Position numbers and translations under genes: made by a program. A stretch of 64,000 nucleotides of DNA, from NCBI RefSeq assembly GCF_009914755.1, contig NC_060944.1; one strand, given 5' to 3'. Shown one piece after another: positions 29,783 through 46,863 of the stretch. This DNA is from the human T2T-CHM13v2.0 reference genome, Homo sapiens. The notes beneath the pieces were generated by a model. The model did not search any database and was not told where the DNA came from. It saw nothing but the letters and a program-made list of their open reading frames with translations. Each line of letters opens with the position of its first letter. Position 1 is the stretch's first letter.

Positions 29783-30749
29783 TAAAGCCATATTTAAGAA
29801 ATGGGAAAATTTGAGTCTAGAGACAGCAATCCTATTCTAGTCCTCTCTTTCTAGATGAGGACACTGCGGTTCTGAAATTTCTGACGAGTATTGCTGAGAG
29901 CACAGAATATGAGCGTTCCAGGAGGTTGTAGGGATGTAAGGAGATCTTGCTAACAGACAGCTCAGCGCTGGGCCTTGTGCACGTGAGTGCTTGGCCGAGA
30001 ACCCAGGATGAAGAGAGAAAGGCCAGGGAGGTGAACCCCCAGAGGAAGGAGGAGAGTGGGTGGGATGGGGCTCTGGTGCCCCTAGAGGAGAGGACAACCT
30101 ATCCACCAGTGTCCTTGGAGAAAGCACAGAGCCACCTGGCCCTGGGGGAGCTGTGATGGAGCTGGCTCCCTCTGCAGCGGTTTTCCTGGTGACCTGGCAG
30201 ATGGCTGACACTTTCCAGGAGTGGGAAAACCCCTTAGGAACCCAAGCGGCTGGATTCTGAAACCCCCAAAATACAAGGCAAAGGGGAGCACTTCATTAAA
30301 TGACTTGCCCATCATGCAGGGCCGGGAGGTGACCGCTCCAGAGGGAGGAGCTGATGAAACACCTCCTGTAAGGGTCTGGGTACACAGGGGAGGTGAAAAT
30401 AGGAAGGGAGGATCCCCCAGCAGCCTCAGGGGTAAGGTCCGGGATGGAACCTCCCTTTGTGTGGGAGGATGGAGCAAAAATAAACGGGAAGAACCTGGCG
30501 TTCTGCAGAGGAGGAGGCGGGGAACCGGCTGCAGTCTCTGAGTCTGAGTCATATCCAGTTTTCACAGAGTGAAATGTAATTAGGTGGTGGGTGCCTAATT
30601 AAACAGCGACTGGGCGTCCCTGGCTAGGTGTCAGGGAGTAACTGATGGAGTGGAGGCAGCATGAGAGTCCCGGGCAAGCTAAAGGCCTGCGCTTCTCTTT
30701 CTCTGGGACCTGGAATGTTGGAGATGCCTCAATGCATCCAGCTCCTCAA

Positions 30750-31300
<551 letters not shown>

Positions 31301-31539
31301 TAAACCTGCCTATGGTCCAACCCTCCAGCATCTCACCCCTCAGGTCTTTGGAGCCACATTGTGAGAGCCAGGAAGGCCCCTGGAGACCAAGTGTAGTTCA
31401 GGAAACAAGATTTCCTAAACCTTGTGACCTTGACCCCCACCTCTAACGCTGCCCTCCATGCGGGGGGGCTCCACTTCTGTAACACTCCTGGCCTCTCTCC
31501 ATGCTCTCCCGTACCTCCTCCGAGGGGGACAATATACAG

Positions 31540-31770
31540 CAGAGGTCACCAAACCTTTCCTGTAAAAGCCAGATAGTCAGTATTTTAGGCTTTGTGGGCC
31601 AGAGGGTCAAAGGGTCTCTGTGACAACTGCTAAACCCTATTGTTAGAAAGAAAAAAAAGAAGTCACAGACAAGACATAAACAAGTGGGCGGGTATGTTCC
31701 AATAAAACTTTATTTACTAAAACAAATGGAGGGCCTGGTTAGGTCCATTGGCTGTGGTTTGCTGACCCCT
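31540..31770. mobile_element. MER58A
   Basis: cagaggtcaccaaac...gtttgctgacccct. Confidence 0.8.
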
Positions 31771-32074
31771 AGCATGTGCCTAGTGGATTTGAAGGGCCGA
31801 AGTGGGCATGCATAGCCCAATCCCTTCCCTTGCTTTTCCTCTGGGGACTGAGCTGCCCCCGGGGAGGGCTAGTTTTCAGGAGGCTTGTCCTGTCTGCGCG
31901 GGGAGGAGAGGTGTGGACCTGCATCAGTGGGAAGTCTGTCACACTCTGGAGTTTAGTCAGGAAGCCCAAATGCTCTCAGAAGGAAGCCATGCCCTCAAAC
32001 CCAGCCTTCACCAGATTCATCAGAGTGCAGTGTTGACTTTCATCAGCTGACTCTTGGGTCTGATTTCTTAATCG

Positions 32075-33000
32075 GCTCAGGACCTCAACAAGGAAGAGGG
32101 TAAAATTTAATAAGCCCCCACATAAATCGGTATTCCCATTTTTTCTAAGAAAAAGATGAGTTTTATTATTATTATTATTATTTTTTGAGATGGAGTCTTG
32201 CTCTTGTCACCCAGTCTGGAGGGCAGTGGTGTAATCTCAGCTCACTGCAACCTCTGCCTCCCAGGTTCAAGTAATTCTTGTGCCTCAGCCTCCTGAGTAG
32301 CTGGGATTACAGGCATGGCCACCACACCTGGCTAATTTTTGTATTTTTAGTAGAGATAGGGTTTCACCATGTTGGCCAAGGTGGTCTTTAACTCCTGACC
32401 TCAGGTGATCCACCCATCTCAGCCTCCCAAAGTGCTGGGATTACAGGTGTGAGCCACCCTGCCCGGCAGTTTTATTATTTTTTACTCTTCTTTTTTCTCC
32501 ATTTTCCCCGTGCCCCACTTCGCCCTTTAGAAATGCAATTATAACCTTTTATCTCCCCTACACCAGACACTCTCTTCAGGGCAAGTTCATCTAATCACGT
32601 GCTTACAGGCTCTGGAGCGGAACTCTCACTCACTGGGAGGTTGCCTCGAGAGACAATGGTCCACTACAACCCAAAGTATGCCTGCTGCGAAACTCCCTCC
32701 CAGGTGGAGAGCTTCTGGCCACCCTTACAACCTAGTTCCACCCACAAAGGCACCAGTGGCTGCCAGCTGACTTCCCGGTAGATGAAGTACTCGAGTGAGA
32801 TATGCGGACCCCCCCAGCACTCAATTCCTCCCCTGTGTGCCATTCATGCCAGGCCCCCTTTTAAAAAGCACCTCCTTTCTGCTCCTAAAAGCAAAGCAGT
32901 ACCCTTAAGGCAGGAAGACTGTACTTCTTCCCCTAAGCTAGCTTTGGAATAAAAAATCACTTTCTTTATACCAGATCTCGCTCTTATTACCTGCGTTTTT
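32075..33000 (+). mobile_element. ERV1-type solo LTR (MER39-like), interrupted by an Alu
   Basis: TATA-like ttttaaaaag, then aataaa, then ttctttataccaga; 3' part resembles MER39 as recalled. Confidence 0.6.
32161..32468 (-). mobile_element. Alu inserted in an LTR
   Basis: (TTA)n tail; agtttttattatt on both flanks. Confidence 0.92.
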
Positions 33001-34934
33001 GTTACACCCCTACAGAGCCCCGACACTTTCTACTCGTGGCAAACAATACTGTCAGTGATGTAAAAGATTCCTTTTGAAACAACTGAAGTCCAGAGTGAAA
33101 CAATCTAGGGTAAAATGTTAACAGAATCAGTGTACCTGGGCATGGTACACCTCATGATGGTGGCACTCGAAATTGCTGAATTTGGGGTCCCACTGCCCTA
33201 GGGAAGGTATGCATGCCTGTATCCATTCGGCAAGTGTTGATTAAACACCTACGGTATGCAGGGAGCTTCCCAGGCACTGGAATCACAGGAGTGAACAAGA
33301 CCACCAGGATCCCTTCTGCCCTCGTGCAGTTGATGTTCTAGTGGGGAATGATGACAAATGCGATGAAGAAAATAAAGGAGAATGATAGGACAGAGTGGCC
33401 CCACGCAGTGCTGTGAGAGGCCTCGCTGGGCTGAAGAGCAAGAGTCAGAGGGGATAGGAGGAAAACTGTTCCAGGCAGAGGGAATTGGCAGGTACAAAGT
33501 CCCTGAAGCCAGTACAAACGTGGGGGCATCGCAGAACCCAAGGGGGACAGTGAGGGAGGGAGGAAATGACATCACGGGGAAGAGGGGACAGATCCCATAG
33601 GGTCCTGGAGACTGTCATGAGGAGTGGCAGGGTTCGTACCGCTCCTGGAACATTGCATGCCAGATTTTGCCTTTTGTGCATTTTCCTGGAAACAAGTCCA
33701 CAGCTTTTGACACATTCTGAAAGGAGCCCAGATCACAAGTCATTTAAGAAGCACAGATTTTCACCCCCTCAGTTTGCAGAAAAGTGAACTGAAAGTCAGA
33801 GAAAAAGGCTTCACTGAACTCCCCACTGGGGAACTGGGTTTCCCGCTACACTCCCACATCTTCCAAATCTCCAGCCAGTGAACCTACTGGTTCTTGAAGA
33901 CTTGGGCCAAGGTCTTTCTGATGAATGCTGGAGTTTAGCTTCTTGGCTTGGCTGCTGGGATATGAATTTCTTCATAGGGAGTGGGTGGGGGTCCTCCTCC
34001 TGCCCATTCTTTTCAGTGCCACGGATGTCAGCTTAATGCAAGCTGTTTCCTCTGCTAGCATCTCCCCTTTCACGTCTCTTTCCTTTCTCCAACCCCCAAC
34101 CCTTAAAAACCCAAAAAGGGTGTATTATTCAGTCTCCACCAGGCCCTAGAAAACAGGGCTTCAGTCAGAGGCTTTTAGTGCCAAATTAGATTTTGCTCTC
34201 ATTTGATTATATTTCCCCAAGGCACTTTTAAAAATGGTTATTCCGGCACCAGTGGAGGTGGGAGAAGCAAATTAGCATGGGCCCCGGGGCTCCTGGGCTG
34301 GGAGATACAGCCAAGAGAATGAGCTGGAATTAAAACCAAGATTAAAAGCCCAGCCCAAATTGTGGCAGGTGGCTGATGCCTGGGAAGCTTGGATTCGCTG
34401 AGCTTTCGAGGCAAGGACAGCACAAGAGGAGGGGCAAGCTGGGGGCTGGCGTAGGGGTGGGAAAATTTGGCAGGCAGATTAAGAGGAATTAATGGCAGGC
34501 CAGGAAAGGCCATTGACAATGAGCTGGCTGGCGACTGCCCCTGGGCAGCAGGGCTGGCATCTGCTGAAAGGCCAGAGCACTTACTGCCTCCTGTGTGCCC
34601 AGCACTAGGTGGAAGCTTCACCTGCCTGGCTCTGTCATCCTTTGGGCACCAACACTTCCTTATTTAAGTTGCACGGGCTGACCTTGACTGTTGACTCCAG
34701 GAATGTGTGCAAATCCTTGACTCCCATGAGGACCGCATTCCCCTGGTGATCATGCACAAACTGGTTAGTTGAGGCAAAGGCATGTGACCCAAGCTGGGCC
34801 AACTGCAGCGAGTCAGCCCTGGGATTTTTAGGGAGCTACTAGAAAAGAGAAGGTCTTCTTCCTCAAGGCTTGGAACTGGTGGGATACATAACTGAAGCTG
34901 CTGGCAGCCATCTTGCCACCAAGAGGGAAGAGTC

Positions 34935-35790
<856 letters not shown>

Positions 35791-36924
35791 ATTGCTTGGA
35801 ACTGGCACATAGCAAGTGCCTACTAAGGGTTATATTTTCATTATCCACCAATGGGCCCGTCCCCTGTTATAGCCAACTTCTTGCTGTTAACATCTGGTTT
35901 AATGGAGTCCCCCTGCCCCCTTGGAGAGGATCACTAGCTCCCCATATCCTTCCTGCACCCTGCTTCGTGGCCCAGCAGGTCGGCCACTTCCCCTGCAGGC
36001 AGCTCTACGGTGGAGGCTCCACGCGGCTGCTTCCCCATTTGTCTGAGTTAAGTGCTCCTGGGGAACGATTCGGAGCCTGATGGGAGGAGGAGACCCTTCT
36101 GTTTTCTCTCCCAGCCCCAAATCTAACTGAAATTGCCTTGTAATAATTGCATTTGTGGTCTGTGAAAGCTGTGTCTCGTGGCGACCAGGGACTGAGATTA
36201 GCTGGTGAAAAACCTGGCACAGGGGCACACACGGCATCACTGGGGATACTAAGCAAGCCACGGACAATGGGGGAGACAGAGGGCTCCTGCAACCAGAAAC
36301 CACTGGGAACCTCGGCCACCTCTCCCTGCTGCAGACATGTCCCCGCCATGCCGGGCCGGCGTAGGAACACGCTGTTCCTCCCAGCATCAGTTCTCCCTTT
36401 TCCCAGTAACACAGGTGGTAATGTGGCAGAGTGCCCAAAGCGTCTCTGCAGTCAGACTGTCTGGGTTTGAATCCTGGATCTGCCACCTCCTAGCTGTGGG
36501 ACCACAAAGGACTTTGTCCCCTGTGGTTGTTGGCAATGAAACGACAGTGCACCCCCACCCACTGCTATGCACGTGGATGAACTGACAGGCATGCGAAGGG
36601 TGAAACAGGACCTGATCTGTCCTAGGGGCCTCCCAAGAGGCAGCCAGCAGGACAGAAAGCACCCGCTGCTTTCGGAGGACTTTCTCTCCCCCACGACGGG
36701 CCATCTGGCTGGAAATACCAACAGGGCTTCTTTAAGGACATCAGCAACTTTCGGTACATGTTCATCCCACACCATTTCCACCCACACACTACATTAAAGG
36801 TAATCGACAAACAGCTCTCTAAGAGTCCAAATGTTCCAGAGCTGACTCGCTGAATCATGCAACACCATTTCATTAAATATTTATTCACTTTGATTTGGCA
36901 ATTTGTCCTCATATTTTGGAACCA

Positions 36925-37250
36925 GCACACAAACACATCTACGCACCTGCATAAATATACAACACATACATATACACACATGCATGAATACATATACACA
37001 AGCACAAATACACTACATATACATACATGAATATACAACACACATATACACACGAGTGAATACATGACATATAAAAATACACATATGCATTAATATATGG
37101 CACACATACGCACATGCATAGATATACAACATTCACATATACACAATGCATGAATATACAGGTACATATGTACATATACACGATGCAGGAAAATACAGTA
37201 AAAGCACATATACACACATACACGAATACACAACATACACATATACACAG
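36925..37250. repeat. (CA/TA)-rich degenerate low-complexity tract
   Basis: Alternating purine-pyrimidine CATA/CACA run of about 320 nt. Confidence 0.9.
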
Positions 37251-37845
37251 GATATAAAATCCCAAAAAAGACAGAAATGCATCTTGCTTCTTCACCTGTT
37301 TCCTTCTCACAGCCAACTTCCAACTGGACTTCTGCCTCCGCAGCCTTCCCAGAGCCCAGACTTCCCCAAATGGCCAGAGGGCCCTTCTGAGTCCAAGAGC
37401 CATCAGGCCGTCTCCCTTCAGGGACGCACTGCTGAGCTCACTCTGTTTCAACTTCTCTAGGTCTCACGCTCCCTAGGAGCCAAGCTCTCTACCCCACCGA
37501 GCATTGGCACCTGCTCTTCCTTCTGCCTGGGACGCCTGCCTCCTCCTCACCGTGGCACCTCAGGTCAGATGAGAAGTTGTCCCTGGTCACCCATCCCTCT
37601 ATAGTCACCGGGCTGTTTATTTCCTCTACAGCACTCTGCACTCTCTGAAATTATCCTATAGATGCATTTGTTTTCTTGTTTATCCTCATTTCCCCAACTA
37701 GGGTGTGGGGTCCGTAAGGCAGGAGCCGTGCTGCACTGTAGCCCCAGCGCAGTACCTGGCCCAGAGTGTGCACACGGTGAGCAGTGGCCGACAGGAGGGC
37801 TGGGTAGGTGCACCTGATTGAGGTACACAGCTGTGCAAGGTGGGG

Positions 37846-37864
37846 CAGCGCCCTCTAATGTTAA
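37846..37864 (-). promoter_or_regulatory. Weaker candidate CTCF site
   Basis: Minus strand TTAACATTAGAGGGCGCTG; the 3' half matches the consensus, the 5' half has mismatches. Confidence 0.35.
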
Positions 37865-37931
37865 GCGTCACACCCCTCGCCCAGGAGTGCAGGAGAGGTG
37901 GCAACTGCATGTCTTACTGAAAGGGATTCTA

Positions 37932-38580
<649 letters not shown>

Positions 38581-38782
38581 GTGTAAAGTGCACAGTTTAA
38601 AAAGTTGTCCAAATGTACCATTAACGACAGGGTTGCAGTGTGGCTTTAAAGAGCTTGGTTTGCAGAGTCAGAGGACTCTGACTCCTTGGGCAAGCGAGTG
38701 CTCCTGTCTGAGCCTCAGTGAATTCTTCTATAAAAATGGGGGCAGCAACAAATGAGATTGTGCATAAAGAACTCTGAAAAAG

Positions 38783-38976
38783 GGCCAGGCGTGGTGGCTC
38801 ATGCCTGTAATCCAAGCACTTTGGGAGGCCAAAGTAGGAGGATCACTTGAGCCCAGGAGTTTAGGTCTGCAGTGAGCCATGATTGTGCCACTGCACTCCA
38901 GCCTGGGCAACGGAGTGAGATTCTGTCTCTGAAAAAAAAAATAATAATAAAAAACAAAAAAACAGAAACAAAAAAG
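38783..38976 (+). mobile_element. Alu monomer (FLAM/FRAM-like)
   Basis: Single arm plus A-rich tail. Confidence 0.88.
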
Positions 38977-39539
38977 AACTGTGAGTTCCCAAAATACAGT
39001 CTGCTTTCCGTTTTCAGGGAGGGGGATGAAAACTTGGACCTCTGGAGAAATAAAAATGGTTGTTAGAAACCAGATGTGACACCGTTTTGGAAAATGGCAA
39101 GGCCCCTCCGAGACTCCAGTAATGAGCTTGGGGAGGAGTGTTCATGCCGCACAGTGAAGTCGGCTGAGCATGACACACATCTATCAGCAGAGATGGGCTG
39201 GAGCGCGGAGCCGAGCCAATGACAATAAACAGTGTTTGCCAAAGCAATTCAGAGAGGTCGGCGAAAGATGAAGCAGAAGCCTGTGGAAAGTCCGTCCTTC
39301 CCAAAACAGACCCGCGCCATTTCGCAGGCACGGAGTCTGCGAAAACAAAACGGGGTCTTTGCCCTTCGTGGCATCATCTCAATTCCAGTTGTCCGCGTGC
39401 CTCTCACACACGTTTGGCCGTTTTTATGTATCATTTGGACCGCTGCATACTTAGTAATTTCCTTCAAATCACTTCATTTGGTGTCAAATCAGCACTTCAC
39501 ACTGGCCTCTTGATTTTCGCCCTGTGATCCATACATCCG

Positions 39540-40700
39540 TCAATGCCAGTGGGTCAAGGCTACGCACCATGGAGGGGACTTCAGCTCCTCTGTCCTCCCT
39601 CACATATGTCCCAGCAGCTTCACCCTCAGGACACATCCAGGTCTGACCACTTCCCATCATCTGCCTGTCACCATCTTGGTCCAAGCCACCACTGCCTCTG
39701 CCTGGACCTTGCTGGAACCTCGTCCCTGGTCCTCCTGCCTCCACCTTCAGCCCATCTTCCACAGCAGCCAGAAGGATCCCATTAAATCACAAATTTGATC
39801 AAGCCCCCCACTCTGTGCAAAGCCCTTCAGTGGCTCCACATCCACCTCAACTAAAATCCAAAGTCCTTGCCATGCCCTACAAAGTCCTATAACTGTCTCC
39901 TGTCCTGCTCCGTGACTGCATCTGCCCCCACTTTCCCCCCAGCCTCCTGTCCTGGGGTCTCCCTCTATCCTACCAGCACCCCAACCCCAAAGCTCATACC
40001 TGCCCCAGGGCCTTTGCCCTTGCTGTTACCTGAAAGAAATCACCTTCCTCAGATACCTGCATGGGCTGCTTCCTCACCTTTCCCAGCTATTTGCTCAAAG
40101 CTTTTAATTTTTTTCCAATACAGGGTCACACTCTGTCACCCAGGCTGGAGTGCAGTGGTGCGGTCGTGGCTCACTGTACCCTCAACCTCCCCAGGCTCAA
40201 GCTATCCTCCCACCTCAGCCTTCCAAGTAGCTGGGACCACAGGCACAAGCCACCATGCCCAGATAACTTCTGTATTTTTTTTTTTTTTTTTTTGTAGAGA
40301 CAGGGTTTCATTATGTTTCCCAGGCTGGTCTCAATGCCTGGGCTCAAGCGATCTGCCCACCTTGGCCTCTCTCAGTTCTGGGATTACAGGTGTGAGTCAC
40401 CATGTCCAGCCTCAAATGTTAACTTACTGGGGCTCAATCCTAACCCTCCTATTCAAATGGCATCTCCCCACACCGCCCAGGCTCTCCCCTTTCCCCCGAC
40501 ATTGCTTCTCCACATATTTATTCACTGGTCATATTTATCTGTCTTCTAGTTTTTATCACGTGCTTCTCCCACCAGAGTACCAGCCCCATGAGGGCAGCGG
40601 CTTTCTGAGTCCCTTGTCCCCTGTGTCCTCACATCTAGAACAGAGCTTGGTCAGTGACGAGACCTCGATGAACGTTTGTGGAATAAATGGGTAAACAACT
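39540..40700 (-). mobile_element. L2 fragment(s) split by an Alu
   Basis: cacagcagccagaaggatc, cccttcagtggctcc and cagggcctttgcccttgctgtt L2 motifs. Confidence 0.75.
40104..40411 (-). mobile_element. AluJ-like inserted in L2
   Basis: Dimer; L2 sequence on both sides. Confidence 0.9.
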
Positions 40701-40702
40701 GA

Positions 40703-41065
<363 letters not shown>

Positions 41066-41448
41066 TAGATTTGTTTTTTTATCATCCGGTGCACACCCTC
41101 TGTGAGTGGAGGAGTGGGTAGAATTGTTAAATTCTTGTCTTCCTATTTGCTTGTATGGTGTTTGGCTGGCTGAACTTGGATCTATTTGGCCCACACGGGA
41201 CATGACTTCCATTTGTGGATGTGCTTTATAAAACCAAAAAAGCACTCAAGGTCAGTGTAAGGCAACAGCAGTGCTTTTCAATATGGTCAAAATTTATTAA
41301 GGAACCCAGAGTCCTGTGTATGTTGGTTATATCTAGTGATAGTTATTATATTAGAGATGAAAACTGAGAAATTTAAAACATATTTGTTCACTCATTTAAA
41401 TAATAAACTCACTACTTGTTAGCATACATTTAAAAAATGATAAATAGA

Positions 41449-41755
<307 letters not shown>

Positions 41756-41892
41756 TTACATTTTTGCCAATCTCTTCAATGTCTTGTTTACTGGAAGGCA
41801 GCAGGATTCTTAAATCTGTTTTGGCATTCAATCTGCTGAGATATATTGTTTTGGTTGTTTAACATGAAAAATCCAGCCTCACACAGACATGC

Positions 41893-42236
<344 letters not shown>

Positions 42237-42993
42237 TTAATCCTTTTTAGATAACTAGATATGCTATGTACCTGCTAGAAAACTCCACTGTCTACCAGAA
42301 GGAAAATGACGGTAAAAAGGTAAACAGTGTCCTGGTATTATCATGAAAATAGTTTTGAGTCTAGAGATCCTGGGACCACGCTTTGAGAGCCACTGGTTTA
42401 GACGATGACCTACAACATCCCAGTGAGGTAGATCCTTTTTTTGGTCCCTATTTTACAGATGGAGAAACTGAGGCACAGAGAGGCAAAGTCCCCTTTTCAC
42501 CGAACATCCCACAACTGCCAAGTGTCAGAGCTGAAATGAGGCTCAATCCCAGGTTGTCTGTCTCCACCTGCCTTTTGGTGACTACCCTGTTCAGCCTCTC
42601 AGCAGGACTCCAGCGACCACAGACTGGAGCTCTTCCCATCCACGGGGACGCAGAGAGGCAGGGAAGAGGGAACAGCAGAGGGACTGCCCCATGGCTAAAG
42701 GTGGGGACACACACAAATGGGACTCAGCCTCCGAGAGCTCCTCCTCTCCGATGTGGCTCAGACTATCTCCGAAGTGCTTTCTGCCAGAATTCCAGGCAAA
42801 GGGAATTTCCACACTGAGGTTATCTTCCCATGCTGCATCCTCCCAGAATTCATCCGGCCGTGGGCTTTTGAAGGAAGGTCATTCCCAGGACCCGGGCACT
42901 TTGCCTTTCTTGAAGCATAGGTGGGGGACACAGGTAGGAGCCATAGTCGTTATCCAGATCAGTCTTTCCAGAAGTGTAGGGTTTCAGAGATAA

Positions 42994-43296
42994 TTTTTTT
43001 TTTTTTTTTTTGAGATGGAGTCTCGCTCTGTCACCCAGGCTGGAGTTCAGTGCTGCGATCTCGGCTCACTGCAAACCTCCGCCTGCCAGGTTCAAGCGAT
43101 TCTCCTGCCTCAGCCTCCCGAGTAGCTGGGATTACAGGCATGCGCCACCACCATGCCCAGCTAATTTTTTGTATTTTTAGTAGAGATGGGATTTCACCTT
43201 GTTGGTTAGGATGGTCTTGATCTCCTGACCTCGTGATCCACCTGCCTCGGCCTCCCAAAGTGCTAGGATTACAGGCGTGAGCCACCTGGCCTGGCC
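42994..43296 (-). mobile_element. Alu (AluSc-like)
   Basis: Dimer consensus. Confidence 0.93.
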
Positions 43297-43539
43297 TCAG
43301 AAATGATTTTTATCCTCCGAGGCAGGCAGGTCTGAGGGCTGGGCATGGGCTCTGGAGCCAACAGCTTGCATTTAAGTTCAGCTACCTCTGCCTTCCAGCT
43401 CAGTTTTCTCAACTGCAAAATAGGAATAATAATAATATCCCTACATGACAAAGTTGCTGGGAAAGATTCAATGAGAAAATATGTTAACTGCCTCTAAATG
43501 GTTACTGTTTTTATCATAATATTATTGATCATGATGTTA

Positions 43540-44120
43540 TATATTCATTCATTCAATCAGTAAACATTAAAGGAGGACTCCTGTGTGGCTGGGATGGCTC
43601 TAGGCACTGGGGATACCAGTGAACAAAACAGAAAAAATTAAAGCAGCAAAAAACCTGCATCTTCCTGGAGCTTCTGTCCTAGAATTGAGGCCAGTCCGAG
43701 GCAGGGAACTGGAATGTTTGGAGACTCTCACAGTCATTCAGGAGACAGACTGTGATGACCACAATCGTGGCAGGCGAAGGGCTTGGGTGGTTGGTTCCAG
43801 GCTATTTTTAAAGGTGGAACCAATGGGATTTGCTGATGTGGCATGCGAAAGAAGTAAAGAGAGTCAAGGATAACTCAAGGTTTTTGGTCCAAGCAATGAG
43901 GAGGACAGATTTGCCCTTATTTAGGAAAGGGACACTGGGAGGGGCAGAGTTGGGGATGGGGGTTGATAAAGAAATCAGACACATTAACCTCGAGACTCAG
44001 GTTAGACATTCAGGTGGAAACAGACCAGGTTCACAGAAAAGCTACGGAATTACAAACTGAGGAGCTGTAAGCATTTAGATGGCACTTAATGCCATGGAAT
44101 CGAATCAGATCACCTGAGGA
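43540..44120 (+). mobile_element. L2 fragment
   Basis: cattcattcaa...aggcactggggatac...ggatttgctgatg. Confidence 0.7.
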
Positions 44121-44874
44121 AGAGGTTCTTAATCTGTTGTCCCAAGATATAATTTCCTGAAATTGAATGGCAAAAGTATGTATTTGTTTATTTTCATTAA
44201 CCTATAACTAGCATTCCCTTCAATTATGAATGATGGTCCCTGGGACTTTGTCACCAATGGGAATTACGGATATTTTCATATCACATTGTAGTCAACATGG
44301 ACTTCTTAAAATATCATTTGAGCCAGCGCTACTTCGAAATCATGGAAGTTATCAGACCTATCCATTGTCCATTAAATAACTGCTTCATCGTGCCATTTTA
44401 TGTGTAAAGAAGCATACATATCACAGTTTCTAAAATATTTTGATAAATATGTTTTCATATAACTGGCTTCCTTTGTAATTCTCTGTATTTTCTATGAACT
44501 GGAGGGGTACACCAGGTGGTGTGTGACTTCTGGAAACTCCCCTCCAGGAAGGGAAGTGAGCTTCCCTTATAGTTTCTGTGTCCTGCTGGTTGGATGCAGA
44601 CAGGATGGGATGCTGCTTTAGATAAGGACGATCGCCCAGGATGATGGAACGCCATCTGACCATCACCCATCAGGAGCCTGGGAGCCAACACCATGCCTGC
44701 CACATCATCTCTAGGCTGTTTATGCCCAAACTGTCAAATGGGAGAGAAATAAGCACCTATCATCTCTAATCCGCTGTTAATTAGGGACTGAAGTACCCTC
44801 AACTCCACCTATATTCTAATAAATCCTGGGGGTATCTGTGGCACAAATCCAGTGGGCTGGCGCCACTTAGGAGG

Positions 44875-45075
44875 GCTCAGCAAACTATTTCTGCAAAGGG
44901 CCAGACTATGTGTTTTCAGCTATGCAGCCATAAGGTCTCTATTGCAATGATTCAATTCTGCCACCGTAGAGCCAAAGCAGCTACAGACAGTACATACACT
45001 AATGGGTGTGGCTGTGTTCCAGAAAACTTTATAAAACCTGGCAGCAGACTCCTGTAGGCCACAGTTTACTAATCT
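44875..45075. mobile_element. MER58A
   Basis: tcagcaaactatttctgcaaagggccaga. Confidence 0.8.
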
Positions 45076-45138
45076 CCACCATGCAGGAATGTTACCAGTA
45101 ATGGCAATACCATCATTATCATTATTATCTTTTTCAAA

Positions 45139-45723
<585 letters not shown>

Positions 45724-46457
45724 TAATCTTTTTTTTTTTTTTTTTTAAAGAGAAGTTTGTAATCTGGGTATTTTTGGTGAAATTTCCAGATTTTAAAAAG
45801 CATCTTGTAACTCTGACAGAAATTTGGGGTTGAAGTGTAGACTCAGGCTGCCAGCTGCCATTTTGCAAGATCCATATTTGGCCCCCAGGGTCACAAAATA
45901 GAAACTGAGCTGGTTCAGGCTGAGTTTTGATCCTACCCCTGACACCAGTAGAAGAGTCCTCCACTGGGCCACTTTCATGATCTGTCATTTGGCTTCCTGG
46001 GGCTCCCGGTCTGGGCAGCAGAGAACAATCCCATTAACCTAGCAGGGGAGCTGGAGGTTCCTGAGGAACAGTGATAAATGAAAAGGAAGCCCTTTTGCAA
46101 ACTCTAGAACAGCATAAATATTAGATGTGAAATGCCACAGGACTGAAGTCTTTGTTTTTTTGGCAGACAAATTGGCTGAGGAGGCAGGGCTGGCAAGAAA
46201 TGCATTAAATAAACCCAGAGCTCCACAGCTCTCAGGGCTGGGGTATTTCTGATATTCTGTAACTGGATCCTTTTAACTTTGTGCTGCTTTGCAAGGTTAC
46301 AGCCTGAGTCGAGTTCTTCTGCTTTTGAAAAAAAAATACCAAATGCAAATCACTGCACGAAGTGATAAATCAATGCTATAAAAGTTCTGGATGCCAGAGA
46401 TGGGATCTTGCTGAACTGAAAGCTGTGTGAAAACAAATGAGGAAGGTGGGGTCATGA

Positions 46458-46863
<406 letters not shown>

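Noticed and set aside
36939-37451. Cys/Val/Tyr-rich ORFs
   Set aside because: Artefacts of the (CA/TA) low-complexity tract.
39867-40694. Longest ORF in the track (275 aa)
   Set aside because: Made entirely of L2 plus Alu sequence, with no domain; chance ORF.
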